Below the pieces are notes generated by a model. That model was not told where the DNA came from. It saw only the letters and a program-made list of their open reading frames with translations, and did not search any database. From Octopus vulgaris (taxonomy: Eukaryota): a stretch of DNA of 64,000 nt. The first letter of the stretch is position 1. Each line of letters opens with the position of its first letter. The position numbers and the translations under genes are program-made. The stretch is from contig OX597820.1 in the NCBI GenBank assembly GCA_951406725.2, forward strand, positions 4,092,001-4,156,000. The letters run 5' to 3'. Positions 53,383-64,000 of this stretch are shown piece after piece.

Positions 53383-55018
53383 ATGTGTATGTATATGTGT
53401 GTGTATATATATGTATGTATTTGTATGTAGGTGTATATTTATTGGTGTATATGTATAGACTAGTCTTCTAAGATTGTAGACATGAATCTGTAGGTACGTG
53501 TACGTATGTGTATATACGTGTATGTATGTAGATGTATGTATGTATGAATATAACGCGTGCGTGCGTGTATGTGTATGAGTGTACGAATGAGTGAGTGTGC
53601 GTGCTACTGAGTGTGCGTGCGTGAGTGAGTGCTTGTGCTCAAGTAGAAAGATAAAAGGGACTAGCTGTCGTAGCCAAGATGCTTGTGACCAGCGGTCAAA
53701 GATAACAAAAGTAATAAATGAAGATAATAAAATTAAAATTAGGGAATGGGTTTGTATTTGTATGTATATATGTGTGTATGTGTAGGTATGAATAGGTACA
53801 CATATGTATGTATATATGTATACATATATATATATGTATATATACATATATGTGTATATGTATATATGAGTATATAGGGACTTGTGTGTTGTGTGTGCAT
53901 GTGTGTATGTGGATATATATGTGTGTGTATGTGTGTATTTGTATGTGTGTGTATGTATATATTTTTTTTGTGTGTATGTGTATGTGTGGTCGTGTGTGTG
54001 TATATACATGTGTATGTGTATATGTATATGCATGTATATGTGTATGTATATATCATCATCATCATCATCATCGTTTAACGTCCGCTTCATGCTAGCATGG
54101 GTTGGACGGTTCAACTGGGGTCTGGGAAGCCCGAAGGCTGCACCAGGCCAGTCAGTGTGGCAGTGTTTCTACAGCTGGATGCCCTTCCTAACGCCAACCA
54201 CTCCGAGAGTGTAGTGTGATTTATGTGCCACCGACACAGGTGCCAGACGAGGCTGGCAGACGGCCACGCTCGGATGGTGTTTTTTATGTGCCACCGACAC
54301 AGGTGCCAGACGAGGCTGGCAGACAGCCATGCTCGGATGGTGTTTTCTTATGTCACCGACACAGGTGCCAGACGAGGCTGGCGGACGGCCACGCTATATG
54401 GTGTTTGTTACGTGCCCTCAGCACGGAGGCCAGTCATTGCGGTACTGGCTACGGTCATGTTCATGGTTTTCATGTGCCACCGGTGGTACCACAAGGATAC
54501 AAATTCCATTGATGTTCATCTATTTTGATTTGGTTCGATTTGATTCGATATTTTATTCGATTCTCACTTGCCTCAACAGGTCTTCACAAGTGTCACAAGA
54601 AGGAAGGTATGCACAGGTGGACTGACTACGTCATGTATATATATATGTGTATATATATATGTAGATATATGTATGTATATGTATGTGTGTATGTGTATGT
54701 GTATACATATATATATATATGGGTGTGTGTGTATGTATGTGTGTATGTATATGTGTGTGTGTGTGTGTGTATATATGTATACATATGTGTATAGGTATAA
54801 GTGAGATTTTCCTTATTTACCTAAAACTCTATTCTTCTATATATTTTTTTATTCTTTTTTTATTCTTTTATTTATTCTTCTATCTAATTTACCACTGACT
54901 CCTTGACCACTCCCCCAAGTATGATTTTTTTGCGCTATGCCTACCCCCAAAAAGTCCCCCACCACCACCCCTTTAAACCTGCCTAAATGTATAAATGCCA
55001 ATACAATTCTTGTTAACT

Positions 55019-55069
55019 AGCTTCCTGAAGATTTCTCTTGAATGAAACAGTTCTAGTCCTGTAGAAGCT
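55019..55069 (+). ncRNA. Type I hammerhead ribozyme
   Basis: AGCTTC CTGAAGA t TTC tctt GAA t GAAA CAG ttctagtc CTG TA GAAGCT: perfect 6-bp stem I, 4-bp stem III, GUA cleavage site, weak stem II. The 3' part recurs inverted at 52241-52268. Confidence 0.75.
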
Positions 55070-55080
55070 CCTTCTATATA

Positions 55081-55117
<37 letters not shown>

Positions 55118-55124
55118 TACGAAG

Positions 55125-55353
55125 GCGGTGAGCTGGCAGTAACGTTAGCACGCCGGGCGAAATGCGTAGCCGTATTTCGTCTGCCGCTACGTTCTGAGTT
55201 CAAATTCCGCCAAGGTCGACTTTGCCTTTCATCCTTTCGGGTCGATAAATTAAGTACCAGTTACGCACTGGGGTCGATGTAATCGACTTAATCCGTTTGT
55301 CTGTCCTTGTTTGTCCCCTCTGTGTTTAGCCCCTTGTGGGTAGTAAAGAAAAC
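55125..55353 (+). mobile_element. tRNA-derived SINE family B (Meta-domain-like) with 15-bp TSD
   Basis: B-box GAGTTCAAATTCC and central GCCTTTCATCCTTTCGGGTCGATAAATTAAGTACCAG. TSD TATATGTTTACGAAG at 55110-55124 and 55354-55368. Copies at ~1905-2125(-), 20477-20930(+, nested), 22030-22232(-), 31482-31718(-), 42560-42720(-), 57666-57893(-). Confidence 0.85.
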
Positions 55354-55392
55354 TATATGTTTACGAAGTCTAGACAAGTATCTTCAGTTAGC

Positions 55393-55459
55393 AGGCCTTG
55401 CTACTCTAGACTGATGACGGGTAAGACCCAGAAACATGCATGTCTCTAGATACAGGCCT
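55393..55459 (+). ncRNA. Type I hammerhead ribozyme with extended stem I
   Basis: TCTAGA CTGATGA c GGGT aag ACCC a GAAA CATGCATG TC TCTAGA (55405-55450), plus an outer AGGCCT/AGGCCT helix. Palindromic stem III, GUC site. Confidence 0.8.
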
Positions 55460-55874
55460 AGCTGTTGGGGCTGCTTGTCTCCCCTTTGTAAACATAAGGA
55501 CACAGGAAATGTGTCAAAGCCGACAGGAAGCGTCGATGCTTCCTAGGGCTAAATAGCAGTGGTGTGATTCCCTTTATGGGACTGTCACGTTAAGTTGACA
55601 GCATACAACCGCTCCCTCGCTCCACCACTGCTCATATTTCTCTGAGATATTTAGAAACTTAATATTTCTAACATATATATATATATATATAGTTCAAATT
55701 GGCAGAAAACATAGCACAAAGAAGACAGGTGAGGGAACAGCAATCAAAGAGTGTTTGTCCAGGAGAGGACTACACAGCCACAGCAGGAGATGTATTAGGA
55801 CATGAAATGTAAAAACTGGACTAGATTATTTTATGTGCAACTCCATTGTCTTCCAAGACAAAAAGGATGCCAAC

Positions 55875-55906
<32 letters not shown>

Positions 55907-57426
55907 AGATTTAAGGATCGAAGTGTAGGAAGAAAGTTAGCTTCCGTATTGAATATAAAAAACAACTTTCAGGGACAATAGCAGCAAGGGCCCAGAAACA
56001 GGGGTGAAGGTCCACTCACTACAACCTCCTGAAATTTTCAGGTGGTGCAGCATCAAAAATTGTACCCCTTACATAATTTTACCAGTTTCGGAAAATGGTT
56101 TCTAAAAAATTATCTGTACAAGATGCTTCAAGTTAGATTTAATTTCAAAACAAAAATAAAGAACAAAAAACAAAAACAAAGAACAAAAAAACATAAATAA
56201 ATAAAAGTGATGAAGCTGGGCTTAAAATTCCCAAGGGAATGACCACCAACTTCTGAAGCCAAGCAGCATCAAAATAAAAAGTGTGTGACAACAACAACAA
56301 CATAACCAGCATCTACGACTAGTCTTCAATACATAGCATTACTTATACATACATACATACATATATACATACATCAGTGGTGTGCGGTGACTTCTGAGAT
56401 TGGTCATGCAATAAATTCCTCTTGGTTGAGTTGAATTATTTACTCTCTGTCATACACATGCTGGCTTCATATGCATGCATGCATGTATGTATGTGCCTTG
56501 GTTTCTGCTGGGGTCTCTTTCCAGTCACAAGTTCCCCATATAGCACCTGCTTTGGGATCCTGCTATCCTTCAGTCTAATAAGGTGTCCAGTCCAACGTAA
56601 TCGGTGTATGTGCATCATCACCTCAATACTCAAGATCCCAGCTGTCCTCAGGACCTGTGTGTCTGGAGTTTTTAAGGTCCAGCCAACATTCAGAATGTGT
56701 CTGAGACATCTCTGATGCAAGCGTTCAAGAACCCTTACATGACGTTTGTAAAGGGTCCATGTCTCACATGAGTAAAGGAGTGATGTCAGTACTCATTAAA
56801 GGCTTTAATATGCAGGGGACTGGCTGGGAGAGCAATGCCTGTCATCGCCACAGATGGAGGAAACAGGTTAAGGAGGTAGGGGGTTGACACTTTTGAGGGA
56901 GCACGTATTCTGCATGAAGAACTTAAGCGTGCTGCTCGAAAGCGTACGGCTGGTTTAGTGAATGGGGAAAGCTTGGTCTGCAATGTTTGCAGTCGTGTAT
57001 GGCTCATCAAGAGCAGGACTCATTAGCCACCAAGGGAGCTGCAAATGCAAAATATAAGTTAGTCCTAGAATGAACAATGTTCCCGAAGGCCAGCAATGGT
57101 CTTCCTCGGTCACCAGTGGACGGCCATCATTATATATGCACAGATTTGTATGTTTTGCTTTATGTATGTATTCTCATGTATATAGCTACATATCTAGACA
57201 TGCTCATATATATTTAAATGCTAAACTTCTGGAAAGTTTTCCAGATTTTTACAGTTCCAGTGATGGATTGGGTCTGTAGTCTTCCAATTAGCTTTCTCCT
57301 TTCTGGTTTTGTGAAACCTAATTTCTCAAGATTGGTATTTAGGCAGAGTGTTACATATCCCAGGGCCCCAATAACAAGTATAAACCTGAACTTGTAATCT
57401 GGATAGAGTAACTTATGTATGTAAAA

Positions 57427-57460
<34 letters not shown>

Positions 57461-58606
57461 GTATGTATGTACACATGTGTGAGTATGCATACATCATGAA
57501 TCTTAGGCTGTGAATTCAATGGACATCTGAAGGCTTGAAAGAAATGAAGCCAGCATCTCCAATGGATGTACAACATCAGTGTATGTGTATGGCAGAGAGT
57601 AAATGTGTTGAGAGAAAAATGGTTATAAGAGGCATCAGATATAGTGTGTGTGTATAGAGTTTCATATTTCTTTATTGCCCACAAGGGGCTAAACATAGAG
57701 GGGACAAACAAGTACAAAGGGATTAAGTCGATTACATCGACCCCAGTGCGTAACTGGTACTTAATTTATCGACCCTGAAAGGATGAAAAGCAAAGTCAAC
57801 CTTGGCAGAATTTGAACTCAAAACGTAACAACAGATGAAATACTGCTAAGCATTTCGCCCGTCGTGCTAACATTTCTGCCAGCTCACCGTCTTATGTGTA
57901 TAGAATTTCATGTGTGTATAGAGTTTCATGTATGTATAGTGTTTCGTGTGTGTATAGTGTTTCATGGACTGTGAATGCAGAAGACATGAGAAAGCTGGAA
58001 AGAAATGAAGACCTCAGATGTAGCGTGCAAGAGAGAAGACTGCTTGTATGATCGTGTGATGTGAATGGATGAAGACAGCTGCATAAAGAAGTGCCGATCT
58101 CTAAATATGGATGGAACCTGTGGAAGAAGATGACCAAGGAAGATGTGAGATGGAGTATTGAAAAATGATCTTTGGATGTTGAGCTTCACCAAAGAGATGA
58201 CAAACAACTGAAGCAGTTGGCCATTTGTTGTGCTTAAGGCCATGAAAACTTACCATTTATGTCCATGGTACTGTGCACAATCAGTCCCTAACAAAGCCCT
58301 CCTCTGCATCTCATCTTTTTGACATCTAGCCCCACCAAGCAGAAAGTTACCTTCCTCGGTTGGAGTGGTGGGGTTGTCTTGTGAATTGCTTGGGGGCCTC
58401 ACTGGTGCTGGTGCCACATAAAATTCACCCCATGTACTCTGTAATGTGTTTGGTGTTAGGAAGGGCATCCAGCCATAGAAACCAGGCCAAAAGAGAGGCG
58501 TATCGATTGGGACATTCTTCTGTTTTGCTAGCTTTTGCCAAACCCGTGCCACCATGGTGAGAGAACACAAAGTGATGACAATGACGATGACGACGACGAC
58601 GACGAC

Positions 58607-58641
<35 letters not shown>

Positions 58642-58838
58642 CAACAATGCTGTATGTATAGAAACATGTCTGTTCCCTAAGTCTGCTTGTGTTTTTGCTT
58701 AATTCGTATTTGCGAGACAGAATAGTAACATTAAAAAAATGTTATCAAAATAATAATAGAACAACAAAAACAAAAAAATTAAATAATTAGAAAGCAATTA
58801 ACAATTTTAAAAAGATGTATAATCAAATCAGCACTTAC

Positions 58839-59168
58839 AATCGTTACGTTTTCATAATTTGCAACCGGGATCTTGGATGATAGTTTGCAGTGTGTTTGGT
58901 TAGGATTGTACGAGAACGAATGGCACGCAGAACGTCTCATGCACAGTCTTTCACACCTTTCTCTGCGCAAGGAATAGGTTTCGAAAAATGCATCCGTATT
59001 CTGTGAATCACTGATTTCTTTGAGTGTCAAACAGACACGCAAACATGTAGAAACTTGGACAATAACCAGCAGGAGTAGAACTTTGACCAATTGGCCGTTG
59101 GAAAGTGGTTGGAGGGGTCCAAGCAGTAAGGATTTAAATGTTGGTAGCCAGGGCTTGATGCGGGCCAT
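58839..59168 (-). CDS. First coding exon of PAN-EGF-4xSushi protein (signal-like hydrophobic segment + PAN/Apple domain)
   Basis: ATG at 59168 in CCATGG context. Translation MARIKPW...VKVLLLLVIVQVSTC, then CERLCMRRSACHSFSYNPNQTHCKLS (Cx3Cx5Cx11C, PAN pattern). Ends ACGATT|GTAAGT, phase 0. An alternative ATG at 59222 or an acceptor just before 59216 is possible. Confidence 0.8.
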
Positions 59169-59758
59169 GGAATACAATAATGTTGGTTTGGTCAATGAAA
59201 ACTTTACTCGCTTTGACTGCATTGCAAATAATAATAATAATAATAATGATAATAATAACAATAATAATAATAGTGATCTGAACTTAATTATTAACTAAAA
59301 TTTTTGGTTATATTTAGGAGAATAATAACAATGTGGGATAGAAACTTGTATTTAAATGAGAACATCCAAAAATCCCAAACTTTCTAAGTCCTTTTTTTTC
59401 TTTTCTTTTTTTTTTTGTTATTTCAATTACGTTTTAACTTTGTCTTTATATAACTGATGTTTTGAATTTCAAAGTATTAATTGTGATTATTTTTTAGCCA
59501 TAAAAAGACGGCTAATAAAGTAATGAGAGTACTTTAAGGTTTGATGTTCTGTAGAATGTTTTGTGATTAAATTCAGAACAAAGATATGTTGTCTCAGTTC
59601 TTAATAGGTGCTGGGTAGGTTCTTCCCATAATTTAGTGAATGTAACAATTGGCAATAGACATGTAGCGATATGTGCTCATGTGAAAGATGGAACATGTCT
59701 CTGTACACATGTATACATATATATATATATGTATGTGTGTATGTATGTGTGTTTATAC

Positions 59759-59797
<39 letters not shown>

Positions 59798-61149
59798 CAC
59801 ACACACATGTATATGTATGCATATTCATATTTATATATATATATATTTACAATATTTACATATAAATGTGTGTGTGGGGGGCAGGTGGGGTAATCCCTGT
59901 GTTCTATTTACTTCTCCCCTCCCCCATCTACCTCCAGCCACCTCCCATCTCATCACCCCCTCCTCTCTCATGACTCATCCCTTCCAACTTTGTTCAATTG
60001 TTTTTTTTTCTCTTCCTCCTCCTCTCCCTGTTACTCTATTTGTAACATCCCCTCCTCCTTTTCATCTCCTCCTCCTCCTCCTCTTCATTTCTTATTTCCT
60101 TTGTCAGAGTCCTCCCACCACACCTTCATTCAGGTCTTCTCCTCCTCCTCACCAACTCCTCCTCCTTCCTTACTTCACCTCTCATCTTCCCTTTCCTTTC
60201 CTTCCTTACCAATTGTTTTTTTTTCCTCTCGTCTGTTAATGCATTGACAAATCCAACCTAAATTTAATTAATCCTTCGTAATTTCTTATTCATTTCCTCT
60301 CAAACCACTTTATGCAGACACAAACACATCCAAAATATAAACATTTAGGTTTATATTGAAAAATGCATAAAACTCTTTTACTCTTTTTTATTCTTTTACT
60401 TGTTTCAGTCATTTGACTGCGGCCATGCTGGAGCACTGCCTTTAGTCGAGCAAATCGACCCCGGGACTTATTCTTTGTAAGCCCAGTACTTATTCTATCG
60501 GTCTCTTTTGCCGAACCGCTAAGTTACGGGGACGTAAACACACCAGCATCGGTTGTCAAGCGATGTTAGGGGGACAAACACAGACAAACACACACAAATA
60601 CACACACACCCATATCATCATCATCAGCATCATCGTTTAGCCTCCGCTTTCCATGCTAGCATGGGTTGGACGGGTCAACTGGGGTCTGTGAAGCTGGAAG
60701 GCTTCGTCAGGCCCAGTCAGATCTGGCAGTGTTTCTACGGCTGGATGCCCTTCCTAACGCCAACCACTCCGCGAGTGTAGTGGGTGTTTTTTACGTGCCA
60801 CCTGCACAGGTGCCAGACAGCTGGCGAACGGCCACGAACGGATGGTGCTTTTACGTGTCACCGGCACGGGGCCAACATATATACGACGGGCTTTCGGTTT
60901 CCGTCTACCAAATCCACTCACAAGGCTTTGGTTGGCCCGAGGCTATAGCAGAAGACACTTGCCCAAGGTGCCAAGCAGTGGGACTGAACCCGGAACCATG
61001 TGGTTGGTAAGCAAGCTGCTTACCACACAGCCACTCCTGCGCCTATATAATTTTTTTTAAAGAGTAGACACTGTATCCTTGCCTATATTAAGAGACCCCT
61101 AGAAAGGTTGGTGTCAGCAAAAGCATCCAGCAACAAAACACAAACTCAC

Positions 61150-64000
61150 AATCAGAAAGTCAGAAAGTGAAAGTAAATTCCATGTGTGTGCCTGTGTCTG
61201 TGTGTATGTATGTATGTATGTATGCCTGTTTGTCTGTCTGTCACTTTTATTTTTTTAATTATTATAAATTTTCCACTGAGGAGGGAGCCAGTTTCCAACA
61301 AAGATACAAGACTCCATCTTTGGGATGTGGTAAACACAGACGAATTCTCATTTGGAACTTGAGAAAAGTCTTGCATATTTTTATTGTTCCACTCACAGAT
61401 TGCACTTGTAATGTACGAATTAGCTGGTCGATTTCTCTTCCTGGAAATCCCAGTTTATCCAGATTCTCCTTTAAGCATTTACTAACAAAACCTAGTGCCC
61501 CAATTATTATTGGTATGAATATGAATTCATAGTCTAGATATAGAAGCTGGAAGTTTCGAAGCAGTTGTCCATAGATATCCTCTTTTTCTTTGATTTTCAA
61601 AGAGTTACTGATATCTGCAGGGCAGCTGACCTCTATGATGGTACATACCTTTGCCCCTCTGTCCCAAACAACAATATCCGGCCTGTTATGTTTAGATTTG
61701 ACAGAAGTTTTGATGGGAATATTCCACCAGCATTCCTTGAGTTGGTGTTTATGTATGTATTCCATAACAGAGGGAATTTCTAAGTTTATTTCAGGACAGT
61801 CTTTTTTGCGGATGGCATTGTAAATTGTTTTAGCGACAACATCGTGCCGCGTAGGGAGGTGGCACCGTGACGACATTTTAGGACAGCTGCTAATCACCTG
61901 CGCGATGTCTTCCTCAGAAACATGACATAGCCTACACATGCGGTTGCACCTTGGGATTGCAAGAGCGACTCTTTCCCTCTTGTTCACCAGGTGCTTTGTG
62001 GCAATCTTCTGTTCCTGGATTGCAAAAGTGTGATGTGATGTAATGGTCTTGTATCCAAGAGAGGCTGCGCTTCGTGTCAATTCTACTGTCTTCTTCAAGC
62101 TTCCGGGCAACATACCCATGCATGGTCTTCTTTTTTTTGTATGCTGAGTCCTTTCCATCCAGGTCTTCTCTTCGATAAGAGAGCCCATCTGTTTTGGGGC
62201 TGTATAGGAGATCATTAGGAAGAGAGTGTTTTTTGAGGATCTCACTGCCAACTCGTACGATGTTGCTCACTTCACTTTTCAGCAGTGCATTAATATATTC
62301 ATTTTTGCTGCTGTTGTTCAGCAGGTGCTGCCTGAGGGATACCAAACGGCATTCGAAGGCCGTCTGCACTGATCTCAGGCCTCTACCACTTTCATTTCTT
62401 CTTAGGTAGAAGCTGTCAAAACCACTGTTTCTGTAGAAGTTCCCAGTTGTTGTCAGGATTTTGGGGGTTTTGATATTTATGGAGTGGAATTCCTCTACAG
62501 ACTAATCAAGGACCTCAAATGTTGGGGTCAGCACTGGTACTGAAAATGCATTGTGGGATATCGTTCCCATATTTTCCTAAGCCTGGTGCAATATTCTCGG
62601 GTCACAGAGGCTTCATATGATACATTTTCGTCTCTGCCTCGGTACTTGTAACATTCTTTGTGTTGAATGGCAGGAGGGAGGGAGGGGGGGGGAGGAGAGA
62701 CCATTGATGCGCAGATTTTGGGTTTGGGGGACTGATTTTCCTCATTCTATAACCAAATATGAACATTTCTTTTGGCCAAATTCCATGCCTATATCAGCTG
62801 AAAATTCTATTAATTCCAGTTGTTTTTTGGCATTGTTAACACTTTTAGTACAAATCTTGAGGTCATCTACAAAGAAATTATGAGTTACATTGATATTTCT
62901 GGAAGTTGAAGATCCCAGCATGTAACCATTTGTTTTCTGCAGTGGGAACGATAATGGATTCAGTGCCAAAGCGAAAAGAAATACAGAAAGACTATCTCCT
63001 TGGAATATTCCCTTTGTAATGCCTGAACAATTAGAAAGAATTATTCTTTTCTCAGTTGTAAGGGTAAGAATTATTGTCCATGCTTTTGCGAGTCTCTCTA
63101 TAGCAGCAATTCAGGTAATAGGTACTTTTGCCAGATGTAGGCACTTCAACACCCATGAATGAGCGATAAAGTCGATACGGTCACAAGGTTTCCGTGTTGT
63201 TTTCTTACTTCGGACAGTACAGCTTTGTTCATTAAAAGTTGTTTGGCACATTCCCACACACCCTTCTTTTCACCAGCCTTTTCATCAGTCACAGTGTTGT
63301 TCGACTCACAACGGTCCTGGAGGAATTGGTTGAGGCAACTTGTGTACAGTTTGTACATAATGTTTAGGCAAGCTATGAGCCTGTAGTTTCTTGCCTTCTC
63401 GGTGATTTCATTTTTGGCAACAAGATTTGTCCTTGCTGTAGCAAGTCAATTTGGTATATCGGTCCAACCTTCCAAAGTCCTTTTGAACATATATATCAAG
63501 TGGTTTCTAAAAATATGTCAGCTTCTTGTACCAATATCCAACTATTCGGTCCCTTCCAGGTCCCTTCGCATTCTGCAGTTTGCCTACTGCTTTAGTGAAG
63601 GTCTCTGCATCAATTTTGTATGTTTTACTGTTAGTGTTGGTACAGTATTCTCTCTCATTTGTATTGAACCATGATGCATTCAGGTTTTCGTTCCAAATGT
63701 TTAACTAGAATGATTGTGGATCTTCTTTGGAAGGAGCTTTCTTAATGGGAATCTTTTCCTTCTTCATCTCTCTCTATAATGCTTGTGGGTCGGAAGAAAA
63801 CTTGCGATTGATTCTGGCTCACTGAAAAATTCACTCGCGATAGCAGAGTTCCTCTCTCATCGTCCTGAGTTCATGTTTTGAAGGGATTAGCTTTCCCTCA
63901 AGAGCTCGATGTGATGAGTTGCTATAAAGTTTCATTAATCTTTGTCTAAGGTAGAGTTGGTGAGGTGTAAACTCATTTTTCCCCTTAAATTTTATTGTTG
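61150..64000 (-). mobile_element. Decayed R4/R2-group LINE with RT, CCHC-type finger and restriction-like endonuclease; continues past window end
   Basis: IFQGDSLS and FFVDDLK (RT), CRLC...SSC, RHD, RPDIVVWD, IIEVSCP, K..Y (RLE). Multiple frameshifts. Confidence 0.85.

Noticed and set aside
59900-60235. Pro/Ser/Leu-rich ORFs
   Set aside because: Low-complexity (CCT)n polypyrimidine tract.

Overview
AT-rich animal DNA dominated by repeats. The SINE/LINE families and long (AT)n/(CATA)n tracts suggest an octopus or other cephalopod; this is an inference. One host gene can be assembled by hand on the minus strand (CDS ~59168 to ~20348). It has 6 well-supported exons plus a tentative last exon, with GT-AG junctions and compatible phases. 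The product is a ~406-aa glycosylated, probably secreted protein: signal-like segment, PAN/Apple domain, truncated EGF motif, four Sushi/CCP modules. A possible first exon of a second minus-strand gene lies near 6.7 kb. Everything else is mobile DNA: RTE, CR1-group, Tx1/L1 and R4/Dong-type LINE fragments, a Penelope GIY-YIG remnant, two abundant tRNA-derived SINE families, Tc1/mariner, hAT and piggyBac-type relics and MITEs, and a solo LTR with TSD. The most notable hidden signal is a set of type I hammerhead ribozyme (HHR) motifs from about five different small repeat families. These include a ~363-nt tandem/inverted retrozyme-like unit with a compensatory U3-A8 core, and a repeated element joining a tRNA-Thr-like Pol III head to an HHR-bearing arm. 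All structures were read by eye and none was computed or searched.
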